A stretch of 42,774 bases of DNA. It comes from Thermoplasmatota archaeon (GTDB lineage: Archaea > Thermoplasmatota > Thermoplasmata > Thermoplasmatales > ARK-15). A program made the position numbers and the translations under genes. Each line of letters opens with the position of its first letter. Position 1 is the first letter of the stretch. Below are positions 17,177 to 26,718 of the stretch, in pieces. The DNA is taken from contig JAVRLI010000001.1 of the NCBI GenBank assembly GCA_031961525.1, positions 1 through 42,774 on the forward strand, in the 5' to 3' direction. The notes under the pieces are model-generated. The model saw only the letters and a list, made by a program, of their open reading frames with translations. It had not been told where the DNA came from and ran no database searches.

Positions 17177-18689
17177 TGTTGTTATAACAACGGATAGAAC
17201 AATGATGAGCAACCACCATGGTAAGGAGTTCCTTGGTTTTGGTGCAACGGGAACACCTGTATTCTTCCCAGAAAGATTCTGGATGTGGCTTTTTGCACCA
17301 AAAATGAAAAAAAGGGATGGAATACCATGGCAGGCTCCGTATGGAATAAGAAAAATAGAGGCGAAGCTTATAGATTCCGGTATAGATACTGCTGTGGTTG
17401 ATCCTGACTACCTTGACAGGTATCTTGCCAATGCAAAGGTTCTCCTTTTATCACACCATGATTATTTCGGTTTCGGACCTCCATCATCTACCTTTGCATC
17501 AATATTTAAAACCGAACCGTTGAACGCGAGATCATTTAAAAGATTGATGGAATCCGAAGCCATAAGAAAGGCAAAGGGAAGGGGTGTGAAGATAATAGCG
17601 GGTGGACCTGCAGCATGGCAGTGGAACTACAGAAAGGATCTGATGGAAAAATGGGGTGTTGATACTGTTGTGGATGGTGAAGGGGAAAGAATTGTTGTTG
17701 ATCTTGTAAGGAAAGCATTAAGGAATGAGCCCCTGCCGCAATTTGTATTAATGAACAACAGGGATGCACCAACAATAGATGAAATATCTGAAATAAAGCA
17801 TGCAAGTGTTAATGGTCTTGTTGAAATCATGAGAGGATGCCCCAGGGGATGTAAATTCTGCTCTGTAACATTAAGGGCATTAAGGCATTATCCGTTGGAA
17901 AAGATAGAAAAAGAGCTAAAGGTGAACACAAGGGAAGGTTTGAATGCAGGGATTTTGCATTCTGAGGATGTTCTTCTTTATGGTGCAAATGGTGTTATAC
18001 CCAATGCTGAAAAGGTGATAAAGGTCCATGAACTTGCAAAGAAGTACTATAAAACACTTGCATGGAGCCATGCCAGTCTTGCTGCAATTGTTAAGGGAGA
18101 AAAGGATTCAAAACTTATCAGCAGGGTAAGTGAAATCATAAGAAAGGATCAGGATTGGTGGGGTGTGGAGGTTGGTGTTGAGACCGGTTCACCAAGGCTT
18201 GCAGAAATAATCATGCCCAACAAGGCAAAACCATTTGAAACAAAGGACTGGCCTGAAGTTGTTGTTGAAAGTGCAGGAATAATGCAGGATAATGGTATAA
18301 TACCGGCCATGACACTTATAACCGGTTTGCCTGAAGAAACGGAGGAAGATGTAATAAAGACAATTGAACTTGTTGAAAGGCTGTGGGATTTCAAGGCATT
18401 AATAATGCCCATGTTCTTTGTTCCAATGGGTCTGTTGAAGGATAAGGACTGGTTCAGGGCATTTGAGTTAACAGAAAGGCAGCAGGAACTTTTGAAAATA
18501 TGCCTTTCACATGGTGTCAGGCAGGGAAAAAGAATACTCAAGAATTACTTCAACGAAAAATGGTATTACTATGGTATATATCCATTCTACTGGCTTTTCA
18601 TTGAAACAATTGAAAGGACTGCAAAAAAGAAGGGTTATCTTGTTGAGCCATCAAGGATAGAAATACCGAAGGTACAATCAGGTAATTAA
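17169..18689 (+). CDS. Radical SAM protein with N-terminal B12-binding-like (Rossmann) domain, COG1032-type, substrate unknown
   Basis: CX3CX2C motif CPRGCKFC (nt 17838-17861). Upstream is VKIIAGGPAAWQW, typical of the cobalamin-binding-like domain of class B radical SAM enzymes. GTG at 17160 is an alternative start. Confidence 0.8.
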   Translation: MVDVVITTDRTMMSNHHGKEFLGFGATGTPVFFPERFWMWLFAPKMKKRDGIPWQAPYGIRKIEAKLIDSGIDTAVVDPDYLDRYLANAKVLLLSHHDYFGFGPPSSTFASIFKTEPLNARSFKRLMESEAIRKAKGRGVKIIAGGPAAWQWNYRKDLMEKWGVDTVVDGEGERIVVDLVRKALRNEPLPQFVLMNNRDAPTIDEISEIKHASVNGLVEIMRGCPRGCKFCSVTLRALRHYPLEKIEKELKVNTREGLNAGILHSEDVLLYGANGVIPNAEKVIKVHELAKKYYKTLAWSHASLAAIVKGEKDSKLISRVSEIIRKDQDWWGVEVGVETGSPRLAEIIMPNKAKPFETKDWPEVVVESAGIMQDNGIIPAMTLITGLPEETEEDVIKTIELVERLWDFKALIMPMFFVPMGLLKDKDWFRAFELTERQQELLKICLSHGVRQGKRILKNYFNEKWYYYGIYPFYWLFIETIERTAKKKGYLVEPSRIEIPKVQSGN

Positions 18690-19360
18690 AATTTCAATTT
18701 TTCTTCAAATATTTTTAGATTTTCTTTGAGATTCATTTTTTCAATAAACAGATAAGCTTTTTTTACGGTAAGCATCTGTTCAATTTTTTCTCTTGTATCA
18801 GATCCGATGGAAACTGGAACGTTCCTTTTTGATATTTTTTCAAAAAAATCGGAAGATAATTCGAAATAGTATTCGCCAAATAGTGTGTAATAGTCGCTTG
18901 TGTTAATTTCAATGAAAATCTGCCTTGATTCAAGAACATCTATTAAATCATGAATATTTTTTTCTGAAAAATTCCTTGCTATGTTGTTGTGTGAAAGTCC
19001 AACGGGAACTTTTATTTTATCAAGATAACTGAGAAGCATCCAGAATGGATGACCATTGTACCTTTTATCCTCAACATTTTCAATCAACACATAATCGAGT
19101 TTATTCAAATTTTCATCGAAAACATTATCAATTTCAGAATAGATTGAAAAATCAATTTCAATCGATCTGAAAACCCTTATGCTGTAGTCTTTGAATGTTG
19201 AAAGGTAAAGATCAATGTTCTGTATGGACCTTACCCTTTTTGTTCTGTAGCTATCACATATACCGATTGCATCAAAACCGTTCTTTGATCCAAATTCCAC
19301 TATTTCATTAACGGTGAAAAGGCCGGTTGAAAGTATTGTGTGAATGTGATAATCCCTCAT
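18686..19360 (-). CDS. PHP-domain (polymerase/histidinol phosphatase-like) protein, divergent metal-site motifs
   Basis: N-terminal MRDYHIHT (HxH). ICDSY sits where TDH is usual and IGSDTR where GSDAH is usual, so some canonical His ligands appear substituted (judged from memory of the family). Confidence 0.7.
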   Translation of the reverse strand: MRDYHIHTILSTGLFTVNEIVEFGSKNGFDAIGICDSYRTKRVRSIQNIDLYLSTFKDYSIRVFRSIEIDFSIYSEIDNVFDENLNKLDYVLIENVEDKRYNGHPFWMLLSYLDKIKVPVGLSHNNIARNFSEKNIHDLIDVLESRQIFIEINTSDYYTLFGEYYFELSSDFFEKISKRNVPVSIGSDTREKIEQMLTVKKAYLFIEKMNLKENLKIFEEKLKF

Positions 19361-19398
19361 TGGTTATATATTCTCTAACATCATTAATAAATTTTCCA

Positions 19399-20334
19399 TC
19401 AAAGATCATAAACCATACCCGGTACCCTTGGGAACAGCTGTACATCACCCACATGACCTGCATGAACGATCCATGATATGAGCCTTTCAATACCAATCCC
19501 TGCTCCAGCAGTAGGTTTTATTCTCCCGCTCTTTGATAGATCCAGAAGAACTCTGTAGTTTTCCTTATTAACATTATCCCTTTCCATCTTTTTCACCAAT
19601 TTTTCATATTCAAATTCCCTTTTGGATCCGGAAAGAACTTCTCCTATACCCGGTAAATAAAGATCATAGTTATCCCACCTTCCTGTTTCAAAATCCTGAA
19701 AATCGTAAAATTCCCTTGGAATGTTCACAACCCACACAGGATTATCAATTTTCTGGGGTAAAATATCCTCCCAGGATTTACCGAATTCATTTTCCATATC
19801 ATCCCTGTCATAAATCTTAAAAGGTCTTCTTATTTTTTTAATTCTATCGTCAACAAATGGATTATACACAAGTTTGTTCTTAAGATAAACAATTGCATTT
19901 TCAACAAGATCCATGATATCCTTTGATGTTGCATTTCTTGATTCAAAATCGAGCTGTGTGAATTCATAGAGATGTTTTCCTGTTTTTGCCCTTTCCCTTT
20001 TCTCAATTCTAACGTTTGGTGAGAGAACAAATATTTTTTCATGAACAAGGGAACATGCAACAATTTTATGAACGATCATGCTCTGAGTTGTCCTTACCAT
20101 TTTACCATAAATTTCCACCTCAATTCTCTTTTCTATGGATGCACCTGGATCAGGCCATAGTGGATCAGTTGAATATGAAAATACAACAGGTAAAAGCCAC
20201 TGAAAACTGTTCTTCAAAAAATAATCCGTGAGATTTTTTATCACTTCAGTCCCAACGGAACCATAAATTCTCTTCTTTTCCAGTTCCCGTTCATTTAAAT
20301 TTTCAATGGATCCTGGTAGATAGATCTCTTCCAT
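19399..20334 (-). CDS. asnA: Archaeal asparagine synthetase A-type enzyme (AsnRS catalytic-core paralog without anticodon-binding domain)
   Basis: Strong block similarity to the Pyrococcus AS-AR protein as I recall it: WLLPVVFSYSTDPLWPDPGAS, FVLSPNVRIEKRERAKTGKHLYEFTQLDFE, VVNIPREFYD, GEVLSGSKREFEYEKL, PTAGAGIGIERL, LFPRVPG. These include class II aaRS motifs 2 and 3. Confidence 0.85.
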   Translation of the reverse strand: MEEIYLPGSIENLNERELEKKRIYGSVGTEVIKNLTDYFLKNSFQWLLPVVFSYSTDPLWPDPGASIEKRIEVEIYGKMVRTTQSMIVHKIVACSLVHEKIFVLSPNVRIEKRERAKTGKHLYEFTQLDFESRNATSKDIMDLVENAIVYLKNKLVYNPFVDDRIKKIRRPFKIYDRDDMENEFGKSWEDILPQKIDNPVWVVNIPREFYDFQDFETGRWDNYDLYLPGIGEVLSGSKREFEYEKLVKKMERDNVNKENYRVLLDLSKSGRIKPTAGAGIGIERLISWIVHAGHVGDVQLFPRVPGMVYDL

Positions 20335-20392
20335 AATGATAAAATTGTTTTGTTGAATATATCATTTGTTATTAAAAATATGACAAAATGAT

Positions 20393-20420
20393 AAAAAAAG
20401 TAAGAAAAATTAATAAAAAA
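20393..20420 (-). terminator. T-rich tract on the minus strand after gcvPB
   Basis: Plus-strand A runs aaaaaaagtaagaaaaattaataaaaaa correspond to oligo-T runs on the coding strand, 17-44 nt after the stop. Confidence 0.4.
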
Positions 20421-20436
20421 TGGACATTTTGTAAAA

Positions 20437-21894
20437 TCATTTCCTTATCATTTTCCATGTTAGTACAGGGTTTCTCACAGCCTCCACCTCATCTATTCTT
20501 CCCACAGGCGTGTTGTGTGGTGCCTCTTTTAGCAGCTCTGGATTTTCCTTCGCTTCCTTCGCTATGTTTATCATTGTTTCAGCCAGTCTATCCAATGATG
20601 ACTTTGATTCTGTTTCGGTTGGTTCAATCATAAGTGCCTCCTCAACAATCAATGGAAAATAAACGGTTGGTGCATGAACACCGTAATCAAGCATTCTCTT
20701 TGCAACATCGAGCGTTCTAACACCATATTTCTTCAGGTTTGTGCTGCTGAAAACCACCTCATGTTTTCTTAGATCCTTGTAGGGCAGATCATAGTAACCC
20801 TTTAATTTATCCTTAATATAATTTGTGTTGAGTACGGCCCTTTCTGTTGCCCTTGTTAATCCATTTCCTCCCATCAATTTCATATATGCCCAGGCGCGTA
20901 CTATAACTGCAAAGTTACCGTAATAACCGCTTACCTTTCCTATTGAATGTTTTACGTTATAATTGAAATAATACTTTGATCCATCAAAATCAACAACCGG
21001 AACAGGTAGGAATTCTGCAAGATGCTTTTTAACCCCAATAGGTCCGGCACCGGGTCCACCTCCGCCATGGGGTGTTGCGAATGTTTTATGTAGATTGAAA
21101 TGAACTATATCGAATCCCATCTTTCCAGGTGTTGTTTTACCCATTATTCCGTTCAGGTTGGCTCCATCGTAATAAAGAAGTGCACCTGCATCATGTACCA
21201 TTTTTGCTATTTTCACAATGTTTTCTTCAAATATGCCAAGTGTGTTTGGGTTTGTGATCATGAATGCTGCAGTTTTATCGGAAAGTGCACTTTTCAATGA
21301 ATCAAGATTAACCATACCATGTTCATTTGAAGGTATTTCGATTGTATTAAAACCTGCCATTGTTGAACTTGCAGGATTTGTACCATGTGCCGAATCCGGC
21401 ACAATGATCTCATTCCTCTTAAAATCACTCCTGTTCTCATGGTATGCTCTGACAATCAATAGACCTGTGAATTCACCATCTGCACCAGCAACGGGCTGTA
21501 ATGTTACAGCATCCATACCACCAATTACCTTAAGGTACTCCTGAAACTCATACATGATCCTCAGGGCACCCTGAACTGTTGATTGATCCTGGTATGGATG
21601 TATGTACCTTATTTCATCCATGGATGAAATTTCATCAGCAATCTTGGGGTTGAATTTCATTGTACAGGATCCAAGCGGGTATGTGTTAATATCCACACCA
21701 TAGTTCATCTGTGAAAGTCTAACGTAATGTCTCAAAACCTCATGTTCTTCGTTGTCAACAAGGTTAAGTGAGGATCTTTTCATATCTTCAGGTAAAATAA
21801 ATTTACCATTGAAATCTTCATTGGGTAACTTTACAGTTCTTTTTCCATTCATTTCAACTATAAGTTTTTCATCCCAAACAGCCTGATGGAACAT
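20437..21894 (-). CDS. gcvPB: Glycine dehydrogenase (decarboxylating) subunit 2 (P-protein beta)
   Basis: PLGSCTMKFNP and HFNLHKTFATPHGGGGPG (PLP-Lys block). The start follows the gcvPA stop directly (TAAATG). Confidence 0.9.
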   Translation of the reverse strand: MFHQAVWDEKLIVEMNGKRTVKLPNEDFNGKFILPEDMKRSSLNLVDNEEHEVLRHYVRLSQMNYGVDINTYPLGSCTMKFNPKIADEISSMDEIRYIHPYQDQSTVQGALRIMYEFQEYLKVIGGMDAVTLQPVAGADGEFTGLLIVRAYHENRSDFKRNEIIVPDSAHGTNPASSTMAGFNTIEIPSNEHGMVNLDSLKSALSDKTAAFMITNPNTLGIFEENIVKIAKMVHDAGALLYYDGANLNGIMGKTTPGKMGFDIVHFNLHKTFATPHGGGGPGAGPIGVKKHLAEFLPVPVVDFDGSKYYFNYNVKHSIGKVSGYYGNFAVIVRAWAYMKLMGGNGLTRATERAVLNTNYIKDKLKGYYDLPYKDLRKHEVVFSSTNLKKYGVRTLDVAKRMLDYGVHAPTVYFPLIVEEALMIEPTETESKSSLDRLAETMINIAKEAKENPELLKEAPHNTPVGRIDEVEAVRNPVLTWKMIRK

Positions 21895-23229
21895 TTATGC
21901 CACCTCCTTAAGGGCATCAACAAGCATGTTAATGTGATCATCCGTATGTATTTCAGTAACATTGAAAATCATTCCATTTCCTATATCAGGATAACCGTTC
22001 CTTGAAAATGTGTTCAAGAGATATCCACCATGTATTCCCTTTGAAAGCAGGTGATTGTGTATTTTTATTTCATCCTTGGGAAGTCTGATTAGAAATTCGT
22101 TGAAGAAGGGTGAATTGAAGACAAGTTTATAACCATTGATGGATGTTATTTTTTCCATTGCATACCTAGCTCTTTTCATGTTTATTTCTGCAACCTTTTC
22201 AAGACCTGATTTACCAAGAACGGAAAGGTAGGCGGCGGAGGCAACAGCGCAAAGAGTTTCATTTGAGCATATATTGCTTGTTGCTTTTGCCCTCCTTATA
22301 TGCTGTTCCCTTGTCTGGAAGGTCATAACGAAAGCCCTTTTTCCATTCCTATCCTTTGACATACCTATCAATCTTCCAGGCATTTTCCTTAAATAATTCA
22401 TCTTTGTTGCAAATATTCCAAGCAAAGGACCTCCGAAGTTCATTGCATTTCCAAGTATCTGTCCCTCACCTATAACAATATCCGCACCGTATTCTCCTGG
22501 TGGTTTAAGTATTCCGAGAGAAATGGGATTCACACCCACAATATAAACGAAATTCCCAAGTTCCCTTATTTTTAGAACGTTATCATCAATTATTCCAAAA
22601 AAGTTAGGATTTTCCGCATAAACTGCTGCCGTATTATCATTTATCAATGATTTGAGTTTTTCAAGATCAACCTTTCCTGTTTTTGAATCATAGGGATATT
22701 CAATTATTTTCATGCCCAGACCCTTAACATAGTTCCAGAGTACACTTTTTTTCTCCCATAGCATATTCCTGGGAACAAGTATTTCCTTCTTTTCATTTAT
22801 TGCATATGCCATTCTTCCCGCTTCACCCAAAGCTGTTGAAAAATCGTACATGGATGCATTTGCCACATCCATACCTGTCAGTTCAGCAATGTAACTCTGG
22901 TATTCAAAAAGTGTCTGTAACATACCCTGTGAAATTTCAGGCTGATATGGTGTGTAACTTGTAATAAACTCCGATCTTGATATTATTGTAAAAACGGAAC
23001 TTGGTATGTAGTGGTTGTAAACTCCAGCACCTATGAACATGGGCATATCAAAGGCGGTTATGTTCCTTCTGAGAATGTCCCTTGCAAGTATTCTTAGTGA
23101 ATGCTCATCAATACCATCAGGTAGTTCAAGCTTATTGATTCTTATCTCTTCAGGAATATCTGAAAAAAGTTCATCAATGCTCTTTATTTTCAGGAAATCC
23201 ATCATCTCCTTTTCATCCATAAAATCCAC
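21895..23229 (-). CDS. gcvPA: Glycine dehydrogenase (decarboxylating) subunit 1 (P-protein alpha)
   Basis: FIGAGVYNHYIPS, YTPYQPEISQG, REQHIRRAKATSNICSN. Confidence 0.9.
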   Translation of the reverse strand: MDFMDEKEMMDFLKIKSIDELFSDIPEEIRINKLELPDGIDEHSLRILARDILRRNITAFDMPMFIGAGVYNHYIPSSVFTIISRSEFITSYTPYQPEISQGMLQTLFEYQSYIAELTGMDVANASMYDFSTALGEAGRMAYAINEKKEILVPRNMLWEKKSVLWNYVKGLGMKIIEYPYDSKTGKVDLEKLKSLINDNTAAVYAENPNFFGIIDDNVLKIRELGNFVYIVGVNPISLGILKPPGEYGADIVIGEGQILGNAMNFGGPLLGIFATKMNYLRKMPGRLIGMSKDRNGKRAFVMTFQTREQHIRRAKATSNICSNETLCAVASAAYLSVLGKSGLEKVAEINMKRARYAMEKITSINGYKLVFNSPFFNEFLIRLPKDEIKIHNHLLSKGIHGGYLLNTFSRNGYPDIGNGMIFNVTEIHTDDHINMLVDALKEVA

Positions 23230-23304
23230 CTTCTTTTCTGAACCGTATCACCATTCATCTAATAAATATTTGTTTTTGAGAAAATTTTTTAAAATTGTCC
23301 ATTT

Positions 23305-24531
23305 ATGGAAAAGTTTGTGAAAATATACTACGAAAAGTATGGATGTGCCTTGAACCAGGCGGAAACAATGCACATTGTCCAGGGTTTTATTGATAGTGGA
23401 TATGAGATAACGGAAAAACCTGAAGAGGCTGATAAAATAATAATAGGAACGTGTGTTGTTATCAAACATACAGAGAATCAGATGTTAAGGAGGATTGAGG
23501 AACTGGAAAAACTTGGCAAGGATTTGATTGTTTATGGCTGCCTTCCAGGTGCCAGGGAAGATATTCTTAATAAATTTAATGTTACAAAAATTAAGGCAAG
23601 GGATTTTGATGGAAAAATAAACATCAATGGTTTATCTATATACACTGAAAATATTCCTTTAATTGAGAATACAGTTACGATTCCAATTGCACAGGGTTGT
23701 ACCGGTCATTGTACATACTGCATTTCAAAACTTTCAAGGGGAAATCTAAAAAGTTATGATGAGGAATTGATACTTGAAAAGGTAAGAAATGCTGTTAAAA
23801 AAGGCTTCAGGGAAATAAGACTCAGTGCTCTTGATACGGCGAGCTATGGTATGGATAAAGGTAAAACACTGGCTGATCTTCTGGAAAAAATAACCAATTT
23901 GGAAGGTGACTTCAGAATAAGGGTTGGTATGATGGAGCCAAAAAATACACTAAGAATCATTGATGATCTTCTAGAAGTATATAAAAATGAAAAGATTTTC
24001 AAATTCTTTCATATACCGGTCCAGAGCGGTGATGATAGAATACTTGAAGTTATGGGCAGAGAATACGGTTCTGAAGATTTTATTAAAATTTATGATAAAA
24101 TTAAGAATGTATTTAAACATTTTACACTTTCAACGGACATAATTGTAGGATTTCCCGGTGAGGATGATACTGCCTTTGAAAATACAATAAAAATTATAGA
24201 AAAAGCAAGACCGGATATACTCAACATAACACGTTTCTCACCAAGGGAGGGAACGCTTGCATATAAAATGAAACAGATTCCATCAATAATAGCAAAGGAA
24301 AGATCAAAAATGCTAACAGACATTCACTACAATATTTCACTTGAAAGGAACAGGGAATTGCTGGGTCTTGATTTTGATGTTATTGTTACGGAGAAGGGAA
24401 AAAGAAACTTTCTTGGAAGAACCGATGGTTACAGACCCGTTGTATTAAAAAATGGTGAAATTGGAAAACATTATAGAGTAAAAATAACGGAGGCAAAACC
24501 ATTTTATCTCTACGGTGAAATTCTACAGTAA
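23305..24531 (+). CDS. MiaB/MtaB-like radical SAM methylthiotransferase, archaeal (CDKAL1) type, with C-terminal TRAM domain
   Basis: UPF0004 N-domain YGCALNQAET; radical SAM GCTGHCTYC; HIPVQSGDDRIL; C-terminal TRAM-like segment. Confidence 0.85.
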   Translation: MEKFVKIYYEKYGCALNQAETMHIVQGFIDSGYEITEKPEEADKIIIGTCVVIKHTENQMLRRIEELEKLGKDLIVYGCLPGAREDILNKFNVTKIKARDFDGKININGLSIYTENIPLIENTVTIPIAQGCTGHCTYCISKLSRGNLKSYDEELILEKVRNAVKKGFREIRLSALDTASYGMDKGKTLADLLEKITNLEGDFRIRVGMMEPKNTLRIIDDLLEVYKNEKIFKFFHIPVQSGDDRILEVMGREYGSEDFIKIYDKIKNVFKHFTLSTDIIVGFPGEDDTAFENTIKIIEKARPDILNITRFSPREGTLAYKMKQIPSIIAKERSKMLTDIHYNISLERNRELLGLDFDVIVTEKGKRNFLGRTDGYRPVVLKNGEIGKHYRVKITEAKPFYLYGEILQ

Positions 24532-24726
24532 ATTGTTTGATAAAATTATTGATGTTATCAGATCTTCGAATGTTCTCATAAAACTGTTTATGTTTTTTGA
24601 TTCCCATTCACAAACCAATCTATTATTTTCAACTTTACATTCAACATAACCCCTGTTTTCAGGCTCAATTGCCATTAAAACATTTTCAGGATCTTTGATT
24701 TCCAGTTCAATTTTGCATTTAATCAC
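24523..24726 (-). CDS. Probable KEOPS subunit Pcc1-like protein
   Basis: 67 aa. The beta-beta-beta-alpha pattern and C-terminal helix NSFMRTFEDLITSIILSNNLL resemble archaeal Pcc1 (weak, by eye). Confidence 0.45.
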   Translation of the reverse strand: MIKCKIELEIKDPENVLMAIEPENRGYVECKVENNRLVCEWESKNINSFMRTFEDLITSIILSNNLL

Positions 24727-24743
24727 ATGGTAAAATGGTCTTA

Positions 24744-24755
24744 AAATATATATTT
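24744..24755. promoter_or_regulatory. Perfectly palindromic TATA element aaatatatattt between two divergent genes 57 nt apart
   Basis: Read directly. The centre lies about 24 nt from ATG 24726 (minus strand) and about 34 nt from ATG 24784 (plus strand). Confidence 0.45.
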
Positions 24756-24783
24756 ATCCTTTGCATATAGGTTAAGGATCATC

Positions 24784-25284
24784 ATGAGCAAGATTAAGGC
24801 AATTAATGATGTATCCGATCTTGTTTCTATTTTTCACACCGCAGATACGGAAATAAAAAGAAATGTTTTTCTTGATTTACTGGGTGCATGGAGGAGTGAG
24901 GAGGAAATTCTAAAGAAATATGGTAAGGATGGAAAACTAGCTCTTCTTTACCTTGAAAAGATAAAACTTGTTGAATCCCAATGGCTCACAACACCATCCG
25001 GTCAGACAACAAAGGCATACAGGGCATTTTATGATACAGTTCAGATAAACGTTACATTACCAATAATTGAACTTCCTGATATAATTTACATTTCAACCAT
25101 GAGCGAGGAAGAACTTGAAAAGTATGAGAAAAGAATACTTGAAGTGATGGGTAACCAGAAATCTGTTTACATTGGTAATGTACAGACAGCTCTTAATCTT
25201 TCCCTTACATTTCTAAAGGGAATAATTAAAAGGAGTTCAAAATTTGAGCTTAAGGGACATTACCTTGAAAGGGTTGATATCTGA
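24784..25284 (+). CDS. Hypothetical protein, possible wHTH
   Basis: 166-aa ORF, first gene of a coupled four-gene unit (TGAATG junction with the next gene). No firm motif. Confidence 0.5.
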   Translation: MSKIKAINDVSDLVSIFHTADTEIKRNVFLDLLGAWRSEEEILKKYGKDGKLALLYLEKIKLVESQWLTTPSGQTTKAYRAFYDTVQINVTLPIIELPDIIYISTMSEEELEKYEKRILEVMGNQKSVYIGNVQTALNLSLTFLKGIIKRSSKFELKGHYLERVDI

Positions 25285-25704
25285 ATGTTTGAAAGGATTA
25301 GAACGCTGGGCAGTTCCATATCAGGCCTGATTTCAGGCATACTTTTTGGTATTGTCATTGTTTCTCTTTATCTTTTATTCACTTACAACAATAACATTCT
25401 TCCCTTTATTTTTCCTTTAATTTTATCAATCATATCAGCAATTTCATTTTTTCTTCCAAAGTTTGTAAGAATTTCCTATTCAATTTCAGGTTTCATTTCT
25501 GGTATTCTTCTTGTTATTACAGCCTTTTCAACCTTCCTCATTTTTTTAAAACAAAACATAATTTTTCTGGTAGTTGAAATATTTCTTGTTGTTCTTGCAT
25601 TTCTATCAACTTTTATTCTAATGCTCACAATGGAAATAAGAATGGAGAAAACAAAGGAAAAAGAAGAAATTAAAGTTCCAAAACCACCATATGAGAGACT
25701 ATGA
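25285..25704 (+). CDS. Small integral membrane protein (about 4 TM helices)
   Basis: Four hydrophobic stretches and a charged C-terminal tail [19 protein letters not shown] overlap with the trm56 start. Confidence 0.55.
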   Translation: MFERIRTLGSSISGLISGILFGIVIVSLYLLFTYNNNILPFIFPLILSIISAISFFLPKFVRISYSISGFISGILLVITAFSTFLIFLKQNIIFLVVEIFLVVLAFLSTFILMLTMEIRMEKTKEKEEIKVPKPPYERL

Positions 25705-26714
25705 TAACAGTTCTAAGGCTGGGGCATAGACCTGATAGGGATAAAAGAATAACCACACATGTATGCCTTGTTGCAAGGGCATTTGGTGCAGATAGTGTTA
25801 TTGTTACAAAAAAGGATGAAAAACTTGAAAAAACGGTGAAAGATATAGTGAAAAGATTTGGTGGTAATTTCAATATAATTTTTGATGAAAACTGGAAGAA
25901 TGTAATTAAAAATTTCAACGGTGTTAAGGTTCATCTAACAATGTATGGTATACCTGTTCAGAACGTTTTGGATAAAATACCAAGGGATAGGGATATTCTC
26001 ATCATAGTTGGATCACAGAAGGTTCCTGGTGATGTTTACATGCTTGCTGACTATAATGTTGCCATCACAAACCAGCCCCACAGCGAGGTATCAAGCCTGG
26101 CAATCTTTCTTGATAGATACCTCGGTGGAAAAGAATTATATTTAAAATTCAACGGTGAATACAGGATTGTGCCTTCTGAAAGGGGTAAAAATTTAAAGAT
26201 TTTCAATGAGAATGAATGTTTGAAGGTACTGAAGGATCTAAAAATGCCGGAAAAGCTGATAAAACATTCCATTGCTGTGAAAAATCTTGCCGTGAAAATT
26301 GCAGAGCTTGCAGGAGCAGATGTTCCTCTCGTTATCTGTGGATCTTTACTCCATGACATAGGAAGGCTATACGATACTTCAATTTCCCACGGTATAACAG
26401 GATCGAAGATTGCAAGCGATCTAGGTTATCCTGAAGAAGTTGTAAATATAATAAAGAGACATGTGGGTGCTGGGATAGGAAAAGAGGAGGCTGAAAAATT
26501 GGGTCTGGATGAAACGGATCTTGAACCCCTAACCCTTGAGGAGAAAATTGTTTCACATGCCGATAATTTAATAGTGAATGAAAAAAAGGTAAAGCTTCAG
26601 GACGTAATTGAATTTCACAGGAAAAAAGGTATGTATGATATAGCAGGAAAGATTGAAAGATTACACAGGGAACTTTCAGAAATAATTGGAAAGGATATTG
26701 ACGATATATGGTGA
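25701..26714 (+). CDS. trm56: tRNA (cytidine56-2'-O)-methyltransferase aTrm56 (SPOUT) fused to a C-terminal HD/HDIG phosphohydrolase domain
   Basis: Residues 1 to about 165 are near-collinear with Pyrococcus aTrm56 as I recall it ([61 protein letters not shown]). Residues from about 175 to 337 carry HD motifs (HSIAV, LLHDIGR, KRHVGAG, SHADNL). Confidence 0.85.
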   Translation: MITVLRLGHRPDRDKRITTHVCLVARAFGADSVIVTKKDEKLEKTVKDIVKRFGGNFNIIFDENWKNVIKNFNGVKVHLTMYGIPVQNVLDKIPRDRDILIIVGSQKVPGDVYMLADYNVAITNQPHSEVSSLAIFLDRYLGGKELYLKFNGEYRIVPSERGKNLKIFNENECLKVLKDLKMPEKLIKHSIAVKNLAVKIAELAGADVPLVICGSLLHDIGRLYDTSISHGITGSKIASDLGYPEEVVNIIKRHVGAGIGKEEAEKLGLDETDLEPLTLEEKIVSHADNLIVNEKKVKLQDVIEFHRKKGMYDIAGKIERLHRELSEIIGKDIDDIW

Positions 26715-26718
26715 TCTT

